Positions 28,500 through 37,457 of a DNA stretch of 64,000 nucleotides are shown piece by piece (position 1 is the first letter of the stretch; each line of letters begins with the position of its first letter). Both the position numbers and the translations under genes were made by a program. This stretch comes from Agathobacter sp. (GTDB lineage Bacteria; Bacillota; Clostridia; Lachnospirales; Lachnospiraceae), in contig JAFQRZ010000013.1 in the NCBI GenBank assembly GCA_017409825.1, positions 1,503-65,502 of the forward strand, written 5' to 3'. The notes beneath the pieces were generated by a model. That model was not told where the DNA came from and made no database searches. It saw only the letters and a list, made by a program, of their open reading frames with translations.

Positions 28500-30104
28500 T
28501 TATGACTGGCTGTCTTCAATCGCCAGCACACCACGCATTTCAATCCGTGGTCCACCCTTTTTCTCAATATAATCTTCTGTAATCGTCACCTTGCCAATAT
28601 TGTCATCCTTTGGAATTTCGTACATAATATCCAGCATAAATTCCTCGATAATGGCACGCAGAGCTCTCGCTCCTACCTTTTTCTCTTTTGCTCGCTTTGC
28701 AATGTTGCGAAGAGCAGCTTCTTCAAATTCCAGCTTAACCTCATCCATCGCAAGCAGTTTCTGGTACTGTTTGATAATAGCATTTTTAGGGGTCGTTAAA
28801 ATGGACACCAACATATCTTCTGTCAACGCATCTAATGAGAATAAAATTGGCAAACGACCGATAAATTCTGGAATCATACCGAATTTACGTACATCATCTA
28901 CTGTCACCTGACGAAGAAGATTTTCCTCGTTGTCGTATTTATCCTTCAAATCTGCTTTAAAGCCAATTGATGCTGCCTTATTCAAACGTTCCTTGATAAT
29001 ATCCTCTAACCCAGGGAAGGCACCACCACAGATAAACAAAATGTTCTTGGTATTTACCATCGTCATTGGCACCATAGCATTTTTACTGCTTGCACCTACT
29101 GGCACTTCGATTTCTGCTCCTTCTAAAAGCTTTAACATTCCCTGCTGAACAGACTCGCCGCTTACATCACGCTGGTTCGTATTTTTCTTTTTCGCAATCT
29201 TATCAATTTCATCGATAAAAATGATACCATGCTCTGCACGTTCCACATCATTATCTGCTGCAGCAAGAAGCTTACTTACAACGCTTTCGATATCGTCACC
29301 TATGTAGCCTGCTTCTGTAAGTGTCGTAGCATCTGTAATTGCCAAAGGCACATCCAGTAATTTCGCCAAGGTCTTAACTAAATAGGTTTTACCACATCCA
29401 GTTGGTCCAATCATCAGCATATTGGATTTTTCGATTTCGATACCATCATCCTCTGGCTTCGCCATAACACGTTTATAATGGTTGTATACTGCGACAGACA
29501 TTACCTTTTTCGCATGTTCCTGGCCTACCACATACTCATCCAAGCTCGCTTTAATCTTGTGTGGTGCAGGAATCGAATGAATGTCTAATACTGGTTTTAC
29601 TTTCTTTTCCTGTTTCTTTTTCTTCTTAAGTCTCTGGCTCTGTGGAATACCTCCAAACATACCATCCATGTCTCCGCCACCTGGGAAGCCGCCAAACATA
29701 TTGTTAAAATCTGATAAGTTAATCATCTGGATATGTGGCATTTTCTGCTGATTCTTGGAAGCTTCACTCGCATCATTTCCCTCTGTTGGTGCTGCCCCAT
29801 TTGGCATACCAAACATATCATTCATTCCAAATGACATTCCTGGTGGCATACCAAATCCTGAGCTATTCATGGCATCCATCGTTCTCTGCATACAATCCGT
29901 ACAAATCTTCACACCACCATAGATACTAATCATTTTACCGGCAGTACTCTCTGGTCTACGGCAAATGTAGCAGATATCTTCGTAATCGTCGTGGGAGTCG
30001 TGATTTTCCCCTTCTGTAGCTTCAGATGCATCCGCTTGACTCACCGCATCCACTTCTATTATATCTTCATTTTCAGTTACTTCTCTGAAATCCATATTAC
30101 TCAA
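28500..30104 (-). CDS. clpX: ClpX-family AAA+ unfoldase paralogue with extended N-terminus and Gly/Met/Phe-rich linker
   Basis: 534 aa. CYIC...CTDC zinc-ribbon, Walker A GPTGCGKT, IIFIDEIDK, IPEFIGRLP. No clpP adjacent. Confidence 0.8.
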   Translation of the reverse strand: MSNMDFREVTENEDIIEVDAVSQADASEATEGENHDSHDDYEDICYICRRPESTAGKMISIYGGVKICTDCMQRTMDAMNSSGFGMPPGMSFGMNDMFGMPNGAAPTEGNDASEASKNQQKMPHIQMINLSDFNNMFGGFPGGGDMDGMFGGIPQSQRLKKKKKQEKKVKPVLDIHSIPAPHKIKASLDEYVVGQEHAKKVMSVAVYNHYKRVMAKPEDDGIEIEKSNMLMIGPTGCGKTYLVKTLAKLLDVPLAITDATTLTEAGYIGDDIESVVSKLLAAADNDVERAEHGIIFIDEIDKIAKKKNTNQRDVSGESVQQGMLKLLEGAEIEVPVGASSKNAMVPMTMVNTKNILFICGGAFPGLEDIIKERLNKAASIGFKADLKDKYDNEENLLRQVTVDDVRKFGMIPEFIGRLPILFSLDALTEDMLVSILTTPKNAIIKQYQKLLAMDEVKLEFEEAALRNIAKRAKEKKVGARALRAIIEEFMLDIMYEIPKDDNIGKVTITEDYIEKKGGPRIEMRGVLAIEDSQS

Positions 30105-30222
30105 TTCTTTTTCCTACTTTCTAATTTCTTATCTTTTATTTCGTTATATATTTCTAAGCCTTTGCTAAAAAACATACATAGTTATTATACTTCATTCCAC
30201 GCCTTATCTCAATAAATTTTCT

Positions 30223-30260
30223 ATAAAAAAACCACCACACTTCACAGAAGTATGGTGGTT
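30223..30260 (-). terminator. rho-independent terminator after the 81-aa gene / opp operon
   Basis: Stem 30230-30243 / 30247-30260 (one mismatch), followed on the minus strand by UUUUUUUAUAG. Confidence 0.8.
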
Positions 30261-30272
30261 TATCCTTTTTCA

Positions 30273-30518
30273 TTACATAAACACGAATGCTACATACGAC
30301 AGCAAAAATAATGCACATAAAAATCCAATGACTACCAGCATTGGTTTAAACATGAATTTCACGGCTGACCAGTAAGTGTTCCAAATATCCTTTGGGCAGG
30401 AAGTCGTTCCAGTCTTGGAAAATTTGAAGTCACTGCCCATACCATGTACATTCGACATATCCGCAAAAGATCTGCCATCATCGATGTATGTAATCTTTTC
30501 TTTTTTCTTTTTTGCCAT
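30273..30518 (-). CDS. small membrane protein, hypothetical
   Basis: 81 aa. Lys-rich N-terminus, single C-terminal TM (MLVVIGFLCALFLLSYVAFVF). GGAGGAA RBS upstream. Confidence 0.55.
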   Translation of the reverse strand: MAKKKKEKITYIDDGRSFADMSNVHGMGSDFKFSKTGTTSCPKDIWNTYWSAVKFMFKPMLVVIGFLCALFLLSYVAFVFM

Positions 30519-30535
30519 AGGTTATTCCTCCAAAT

Positions 30536-30660
30536 GAGATTTTGCTTTGCAAAATCTCCGCCTGCGTCAGGTCGCTTTCAGCGACATCTTCCGCTCTGAC
30601 GCAGTGCGATGGATGTCATATGTCATCTGTTGGAAGATTTACTCTTCCAACAGATGACAT
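30536..30660 (-). other. three consecutive strong stem-loops spanning the oppF stop and downstream spacer
   Basis: Hairpins 30620-30660 (18 bp, TAA stop 30639-30641 in the loop), 30562-30604 (9-bp outer stem plus inner gtcgc/gcgac), 30536-30558 (10 bp gagattttgc/gcaaaatctc). None is followed by a U-tract. Confidence 0.6.
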
Positions 30661-31649
30661 GCTGCGCAATGTCCATTGCCATAATCCTTGTATTCTGGAG
30701 TTACTTCTTTACAGATATCCTTTGCATAAGGACAACGTGTATGGAAGCGACAGCCCTTTGGTGGGTTCGCTGGTGAAGGAATATCTCCATTTAATACGAT
30801 ACGGTTCATCTTTACATCTGGATCTGGATATGGAATCGCAGAGAATAAAGCCTTAGTATATGGATGAAGTGGATTGCTAAAGATTTCATCTTTGCTACCG
30901 AATTCTACCATATTTCCTAAGTACATAACCCCGATTTTATCTGAGATAAATTTAACTACAGATAAGTCGTGTGAAATAAATACATAGGTAAGGTTTAAAT
31001 CTTTCTGTAATCTCTTCAAAAGATTGATAATCTGTGCCTGAATCGATACATCAAGTGCAGATACAGGTTCGTCACAGATAACAAGCTTTGGCTGTACAGA
31101 AAGTGCTCTTGCGATACAGATACGCTGTCTCTGTCCACCAGAGAATTCATGTGGATATCGTTCGAAGTAGTAATCACGAAGACCACATTTATCCATCAAG
31201 TCTAATACATAATTCTTTACTTCTTTCTTAGGTACGATATTGTGCACTTCTACTGGTTCCGAAAGAATACCGCCTACGGTATCTCTTGGAGGAAGTGAAG
31301 AATATGGATCCTGGAAAATAATCTGCATCTGTTTGCGGATTTCACGCATATCTTTAGACTGGAGGTTTGTAATATCCTGTCCATCAAAGATAATCTGTCC
31401 GCCAGTAGGCTCATGTAATTTCAAAATAGTACGACCAAGTGTCGTCTTACCACAGCCAGATTCCCCTACGATACCGAGGGTTTCACCTGCTTTTAATTTG
31501 AACGAAACATTGTCTACTGCTACAAGTTCAGAGGTCACTTTACCAGTAATGGTTTTCTTCAGTGGGAAACACTTACGAATATTGCGTACCTCAAGAATTG
31601 CTTCTGGGTCAAATGGTGTGTCTTGTGCAATTATCTGTTCATTAGCCAT
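30639..31649 (-). CDS. oppF: oligopeptide ABC transporter ATP-binding protein
   Basis: 336 aa. Walker A GESGCGKTT, signature FSGGQRQR, C-terminal oligopeptide-transporter Cys-rich tail. Confidence 0.85.
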   Translation of the reverse strand: MANEQIIAQDTPFDPEAILEVRNIRKCFPLKKTITGKVTSELVAVDNVSFKLKAGETLGIVGESGCGKTTLGRTILKLHEPTGGQIIFDGQDITNLQSKDMREIRKQMQIIFQDPYSSLPPRDTVGGILSEPVEVHNIVPKKEVKNYVLDLMDKCGLRDYYFERYPHEFSGGQRQRICIARALSVQPKLVICDEPVSALDVSIQAQIINLLKRLQKDLNLTYVFISHDLSVVKFISDKIGVMYLGNMVEFGSKDEIFSNPLHPYTKALFSAIPYPDPDVKMNRIVLNGDIPSPANPPKGCRFHTRCPYAKDICKEVTPEYKDYGNGHCAACHLLEE

Positions 31650-32799
31650 TGTTCTGACCCTCTTCGTACAAGTGGCAGGATACGAAATGTGTTGGGCTAA
31701 CCTGAATCATATCAGGATAGTCACCCGCGCATTTTTCCTTACACATTGCACATCTTTCTTTAAAATAACAGTGATTTGGCATATTTACAGGGTTTGGAAC
31801 GTTACCAGGAATGTTGTAAAGTTCCTCGTTGCTGGAATCTACGGTTGGTTTTGATTTCTGTAAGCCAATGGTGTATGGATGAAGTGGGTTGTGGAAGATT
31901 TCTTCTACCGTACCCTTTTCAATTACACGACCAGCATACATAACTACCACGTAGTCTGCCATTTCAGCGATGATTCCTAAATCATGTGTAATCAACATGA
32001 TAGAACCATCAATCTTATCTTTTAAGTCACGGAGCAAGTCCAAAATCTGTGCCTGAATCGTAACGTCAAGCGCTGTCGTAGGCTCATCCGCAATGATAAG
32101 TCTTGGGTCGCTGGCAAGTGCCATAGCGATCATAACACGCTGACGCATACCACCCGATAATTCATGTGGATAAGCTCCATATACACGTTCTGGCATCGCA
32201 ATACCTACGAGATTTAACATTTCGATGGATTTTGCTTTTGCCTCATCTTTTCTTGCACCTTTTTTGTTGATGAAGGTTACTTCATCTAACTGCTCTCCGA
32301 TGGTAAAAATAGGATTCAATGAAGTCATTGGTTCCTGGAAAATCATAGCGATTTCACTACCACGGATTTTGTGAATATCACGCATTGGCATCTTTGCGAT
32401 ATCAAAGATTTTCTCTTTTGCATGGAAACGGATTTCACCAGACACAATCTGTCCTGTTGGTCCCTGTAACAGTCGCATAACAGACATACTTGTTACAGAT
32501 TTTCCACAACCGGATTCCCCTACGATACCAACCGTCTTATTCTTAGGAATATCAAAGGAAACACCATTTACCGCCTTTACAACGCCCTGTTCTGTGAAGA
32601 AGTAGCTATGTAAGTTGTCGATTTCCAAAATATTATCCTCTCCCTGCATTTCAGTGAGATATTCGGATTCGTCACACTTGCGGTTCTTATAGGCTTCAAG
32701 TTCTTTCATTACCTTGGCATTTTCCTTGGCAATCGCACGAACTTCTTTTCCTGAGAGATAATTCCCGCCTGATTTTTTATTTTTCTTAAATATACTCAT
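31642..32799 (-). CDS. oppD: oligopeptide ABC transporter ATP-binding protein
   Basis: 385 aa. GESGCGKSV, LSGGMRQR, IIADEPTTALD. 8-nt overlap with oppF. Confidence 0.85.
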   Translation of the reverse strand: MSIFKKNKKSGGNYLSGKEVRAIAKENAKVMKELEAYKNRKCDESEYLTEMQGEDNILEIDNLHSYFFTEQGVVKAVNGVSFDIPKNKTVGIVGESGCGKSVTSMSVMRLLQGPTGQIVSGEIRFHAKEKIFDIAKMPMRDIHKIRGSEIAMIFQEPMTSLNPIFTIGEQLDEVTFINKKGARKDEAKAKSIEMLNLVGIAMPERVYGAYPHELSGGMRQRVMIAMALASDPRLIIADEPTTALDVTIQAQILDLLRDLKDKIDGSIMLITHDLGIIAEMADYVVVMYAGRVIEKGTVEEIFHNPLHPYTIGLQKSKPTVDSSNEELYNIPGNVPNPVNMPNHCYFKERCAMCKEKCAGDYPDMIQVSPTHFVSCHLYEEGQNNG

Positions 32800-32802
32800 C
32801 GC

Positions 32803-33843
32803 TTATCTCCTTGCTTTTGGATCAAGGGCATCACGCAGACCGTCACCAACGAAGTTGAAGCCGAGTACCGCGATAACGATACATACACCGGCTGGAACCC
32901 ATACGTTTAAGTGGTTCTGCAAAATGTCTTGGTTGGTAGAAATGATGTTAATCATGGTTCCCCATGCTGCATACGGTGCCTTTACACCGAGATTCAAGTA
33001 AGACAAAGTTGCCTCATACAGAATCATACTACCAAGGCTCAAACTCATCTGCACGATTAACTGTGGCATAACGTTTGGAACCAAGTGTTTAAAAATCTTT
33101 CTGCCTGTTGAATAACCCATCGCTTCTGCTGCTACCATGTATTCCTGCTCACGAAGAGAAAGAATCTGTCCACGTACAAGACGTGCAGTACCAGGCCAAG
33201 AAATGAATGTTAAATAAGTCATCAACAAGTAAATACGATATTTCGCGTCAATATCAGAAGCATCCAGAATCGTACTGATAATCAGTAAGATTGGAATACC
33301 TGGCAGACACATGAGCACATCACAAAGTCTCATCAGCACGTTATCAATCCAGCCTCCGAAGAAACCAGCGATACCACCAAGAATAACTCCAAGGAGTGTA
33401 ATCAAAAATACTGCCAAGAAACTAACTGTAAGGGAAATTCTTCCACCATACATCAGTCTTACGAAAATATCATAGCCTTCATTGTCCGTTCCTAAGATAT
33501 GTTCCTCAGAAGGTGGAGCAAGGAAGTTATCTTTTAAGTTCTTTTCTGTTGTTTGACGAAGGGTGTATTCTACACCATTCACTGTATATGTTGTTTCACC
33601 AACCGCGTACTCAGTCTTACCACTTTCATCTAATTCAATTTCGCCCCACTGATCATACATAACAGGACCTGCAAAGCTGAAAATAAAGAGTCCGATTACC
33701 ATAATCAAACCGATAATACTCAGTTTGGAACGGAAAAATCTACGAACTACCATCATAGTAGGAGACATCAGACGTACGTTTTTATCAAGTGGCTCTTCGG
33801 TATCTACTACGTCTGCACCAAGCTTGCTTGTGTTTTCTTCCAT
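32803..33843 (-). CDS. oppC: oligopeptide ABC transporter permease
   Basis: 346 aa polytopic, BPD-transport type permease. Position after oppB. Confidence 0.85.
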   Translation of the reverse strand: MEENTSKLGADVVDTEEPLDKNVRLMSPTMMVVRRFFRSKLSIIGLIMVIGLFIFSFAGPVMYDQWGEIELDESGKTEYAVGETTYTVNGVEYTLRQTTEKNLKDNFLAPPSEEHILGTDNEGYDIFVRLMYGGRISLTVSFLAVFLITLLGVILGGIAGFFGGWIDNVLMRLCDVLMCLPGIPILLIISTILDASDIDAKYRIYLLMTYLTFISWPGTARLVRGQILSLREQEYMVAAEAMGYSTGRKIFKHLVPNVMPQLIVQMSLSLGSMILYEATLSYLNLGVKAPYAAWGTMINIISTNQDILQNHLNVWVPAGVCIVIAVLGFNFVGDGLRDALDPKARR

Positions 33844-33856
33844 TGTACGCGCCTCC

Positions 33857-34849
33857 TTACTCTAATTTTACTCTAGGGTCTACGATACCGTACATAAGGT
33901 CGGCAAGCAGAACACCTAAAACACTAAGAACTGCTAAGAACATATTGTATCCCATGATAAATGGAATATCACCACGATTCATAGCGTCTAATGCAACGTT
34001 ACCAATACCTGGTAAGTCGAATACCTGCTCGGTGATGATGGCACCTGAGAACAGGGATGGAATCAAACCAGCCATTGAAGTTACAAGTGGGATAAGTGTG
34101 TTACGGAAAGCGTGTTTGTTGATAACTACGTTTTCTTCACATCCCTTTGCACGTGCAGTACGAATATAATCGGAGTTCATAACTTCGAGCATATTGGTAC
34201 GAGTCATTCTCATTCGAGCACCGATACTTAAGATAACGATGGTAAGAATAGGAATAAATACGTGTCTTGCATAGTCGATAAAGAGCTCTACCCCTGTATA
34301 AGAAGTAGTCGCATCGATTAAGCCTGAGGCTGGGAACCATCCCAGCTTCAGCGCTAATACGTCTTTTAACATGTTTCCGAAGAAGAATGATGGTAAGGAA
34401 ATACCAATCATTACGAGGATGGTTACCACGTAATCTCGGATACTATACTGATGTGTTGCAGCTGTAATACCAAGTGGAATTGCAATCATAAATTCGAAAA
34501 TAGTTGCAATGAGGGAAATAGCAAAGGAAATTCCCATGTGCTGCACGATTACATCAGCTACAGGAATACCGTATACAAAGCTGGTTCCAAGGTCAAACTG
34601 GAACAAAGCGGTAAGCCAGCTGAAGTATCCACCGAGAATACCCATAAAGCTGTCATCACCCAAGCCGTACATCTGGTACATAGCATCTACGGTTTCCTGA
34701 CTAACAGTTGCCCCACCCTGGTTGATGGCGTTGATTTTATCCTGGATAAAGTCAACTGGCATCAAACGGATTAGGAAATAAATAATCATGGATACACCGA
34801 TAAGGATGAACACTGATTGTACTAATCGTTTTAAAATATACTTAAACAT
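33857..34849 (-). CDS. oppB: oligopeptide ABC transporter permease
   Basis: 330 aa. MFKYILKRLVQS start typical of OppB/DppB, and EAA-type loop DYIRTARAKG. Confidence 0.85.
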   Translation of the reverse strand: MFKYILKRLVQSVFILIGVSMIIYFLIRLMPVDFIQDKINAINQGGATVSQETVDAMYQMYGLGDDSFMGILGGYFSWLTALFQFDLGTSFVYGIPVADVIVQHMGISFAISLIATIFEFMIAIPLGITAATHQYSIRDYVVTILVMIGISLPSFFFGNMLKDVLALKLGWFPASGLIDATTSYTGVELFIDYARHVFIPILTIVILSIGARMRMTRTNMLEVMNSDYIRTARAKGCEENVVINKHAFRNTLIPLVTSMAGLIPSLFSGAIITEQVFDLPGIGNVALDAMNRGDIPFIMGYNMFLAVLSVLGVLLADLMYGIVDPRVKLE

Positions 34850-34864
34850 AAATTCACTCCCAAA

Positions 34865-37441
34865 TTATTTCGCGAATTCAACTTCCCAGATTCTATCAAG
34901 TGGTGATGAATATGGGTTTACTTCCTTAGGAAGGCTGTCTTCGCTAATAACATTTGAATTGTAAGCGTATAATACACTTCTCTGGTAAACTGGAAGTTCG
35001 ATTGCAAGGTCAAGGATGTATTCCATTGCTTCTTCATAAAGTTCGGTACGTTCTTCCTGATCGTTTGTTTCACGAGCTTCGTCAATTAAGTCACTCAGTT
35101 CATCTAAGATATCTAATTCTTCTGATGAACCATTTGTTTTTAAGTAGTTGTAGCCCCAAGCAAGTGTACTTGTTGCTGTAGAATCTTTGTGGTAAACCTG
35201 GTAAAGGTCTGGGTCAAGTGCAGAAGACCAAGCAGCTGCCCATACCTCAAGAGAACCAGTATTAATCTTTGTAAGAGCCTGTGTATCACAAACTACTTCT
35301 ACTTCCCAGCCAAGGTCGTTTAAGAGTGCTGCAGCATCTCTAAATACTTTGTAGGTTGGGTGATCCTGTAAAGAAGAACCAGCGATTGTAAATGTTACTT
35401 TCAGTTCGCTGTCGCCTGCGCTAACGCCTGCTTCTTCCATGTATTTTTCTACGTTTGCAATTGCTACTTCTTTGTCAAACATTCCGCCATACTGTGGATA
35501 ATCATAACCATTGTCCATTGCAGAATCACCAGTTGGATATGCCCAAGACACCTTTGACATTGGCCAGTAAATCTGTGATGCAGTACCTGGACGGTAGTAG
35601 TCAAGTGCTAAAGTTGTGTTCATTGCACACATGATTGCTTTACGAAGGTTCTGGTCATTAATCTTTGCAGAGTTAATACCGATGTAACCATAACCAAGCT
35701 GATCGGTTGTAAGAGTAATCATACCCTTTTTCTTTAATGCTTCTAATTTGTCATAGTTATCATTTGTAAGCGCTGGTGAGATGTAGTGTACACTGCCATC
35801 TTCTAATGCTGCAATAGCATTCTGTGAGCTTACAACCTGGTAACGAATCTTTTCAATCTTCGCATTTTCAAGACCTTCGCCTACTGTTTCAAAGTTTTCA
35901 TTTGCTTTGAAGTAAACTACGTTATCTACGTAGAATTCTTCTCCTGATGGGTTATCTGCATTCTTTGCATTTGTAACCTTATAAGCACCAGCACCCATTG
36001 GAAGCTTGATGTTTCTTGTTGACTGAATCTTTTCTGTCATAAATTCGAAGCTAGCAAATTCTACACCGAATTTGTTGTTTTCGATATCTACTTCTACGTC
36101 AGAACCTTCACCATAGTAATGCTGTGGAGCAATGGTAAGCGAGAAGTTCCAGATTGCTTTAGGGTCGATACCATCAATCGTAATCTGAAGAACATCATAT
36201 TCGTCTTTATTTGATACTGTTCCGTCATCGTTATGGCCAGAAGCAATTTTGTATTCTGTGCCATTTACTTCGATGGTTTCACCAGCCATATCTGTATGAC
36301 CTAAAGAAACAATACCAGAAATGCTTTCTACTGCTAAGTCACCATCTTCAGAAGCATTTTCATGAAGGATAACTTCTTTTGCTTTTGCAGCATATTCTGT
36401 CTGTAATTCATTTGCTGTTGCCCAGTAAGAAAGGATGATATCTAATTCTGTAGCAATTTTGTCATTGTATACATATTCAATTGCATCTTTCTTTGATTTC
36501 ACTGAATTAGAGTACTGAGCTGTTAATTCTTTGATTTTGGTACGGTCAATTTTACCATCTTCGCCTTCTTCATACTCTACTTCTACATAACCTTCTGAGA
36601 ACATGAAGCAGAATACTTCGTCATCAAATTCTTTGAAATCTTTGTAAGGAGCATCTTTGTAAGATTCCTGTGCTGATGTATAGTCTGTTTCTAATTCTTC
36701 TTTGAAGAGTTTTAATGCATATTCATAGTCTTCCAAGAGATTCTTTTCATCTACTTCGTCAGCATCTGTAGAAATTGCAGAAGCATAACCAGAGCTTACT
36801 TTGTGGTTTTCAATTGCTTCTTTCATTGCTTCATAACCAACTTCTTTTGTAGAAGAAGCCTTTACTTCCTGCTGGAAGAGGCTGATAAGTTCCATGATAC
36901 GGTTAGAAGCTCTGTTGTTTGCTTCGTCTGTAATCATGTTGTCACCATCTTCTGCTCCTGATCCAACGGTCTGTGTTCTGTATTCCGCAAGACCAAGGAT
37001 ATCAGTTGAGTAAAGTGTGTTTGAACCTGTGTATACAGGGTCAAGGTATACATAATAGTTAAATAATACGTCTTCCATAGTTAATGGATGTCCGTCTGAG
37101 AATTTGATACCGTTCTTTAATACGAATGTATAGGTAACTGTATCATCATCATTTTCTGTGATGTCGTAGTCTTTTGTTACTACGGCTTCATTGTCGCCAT
37201 AAGCAACCTGTACTTTGCCATCTTCGTACTTCGCACCTAACATACTAATCTGTGTCATAGATACGATAGTTCCGTCTGGTGCTGCTGTGTAGAAGAATGG
37301 ATTGAACAATCCATCTAACTGTTCTGTCATGATAACGAAAGCATCTTTTTTGCCGATTCCGCCACCACCATTGCCACAGCCAGCTAACATTCCTACACAC
37401 ATTGCAATGCTAAGGACAAGGGCTAAAATTCTTCTTTTCAT
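34865..37441 (-). CDS. oppA: family-5 (OppA-like) peptide-binding lipoprotein, unusually long
   Basis: 858 aa. Lipobox MLAGCG. SBP_bac_5-like FVLKNGIKFSDGHPLTMEDVLFNY. About 250-aa acidic/helical insertion relative to typical 540-aa OppA. Confidence 0.75.
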   Translation of the reverse strand: MKRRILALVLSIAMCVGMLAGCGNGGGGIGKKDAFVIMTEQLDGLFNPFFYTAAPDGTIVSMTQISMLGAKYEDGKVQVAYGDNEAVVTKDYDITENDDDTVTYTFVLKNGIKFSDGHPLTMEDVLFNYYVYLDPVYTGSNTLYSTDILGLAEYRTQTVGSGAEDGDNMITDEANNRASNRIMELISLFQQEVKASSTKEVGYEAMKEAIENHKVSSGYASAISTDADEVDEKNLLEDYEYALKLFKEELETDYTSAQESYKDAPYKDFKEFDDEVFCFMFSEGYVEVEYEEGEDGKIDRTKIKELTAQYSNSVKSKKDAIEYVYNDKIATELDIILSYWATANELQTEYAAKAKEVILHENASEDGDLAVESISGIVSLGHTDMAGETIEVNGTEYKIASGHNDDGTVSNKDEYDVLQITIDGIDPKAIWNFSLTIAPQHYYGEGSDVEVDIENNKFGVEFASFEFMTEKIQSTRNIKLPMGAGAYKVTNAKNADNPSGEEFYVDNVVYFKANENFETVGEGLENAKIEKIRYQVVSSQNAIAALEDGSVHYISPALTNDNYDKLEALKKKGMITLTTDQLGYGYIGINSAKINDQNLRKAIMCAMNTTLALDYYRPGTASQIYWPMSKVSWAYPTGDSAMDNGYDYPQYGGMFDKEVAIANVEKYMEEAGVSAGDSELKVTFTIAGSSLQDHPTYKVFRDAAALLNDLGWEVEVVCDTQALTKINTGSLEVWAAAWSSALDPDLYQVYHKDSTATSTLAWGYNYLKTNGSSEELDILDELSDLIDEARETNDQEERTELYEEAMEYILDLAIELPVYQRSVLYAYNSNVISEDSLPKEVNPYSSPLDRIWEVEFAK

Positions 37442-37457
37442 TGTGTTCTACTCCTTT

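Noticed and set aside
31240-31854. 204-aa plus-strand ORF spanning the oppD/oppF junction
   Set aside because: It is antisense to two ABC ATPase genes that have complete Walker and signature motifs, so it has no support.
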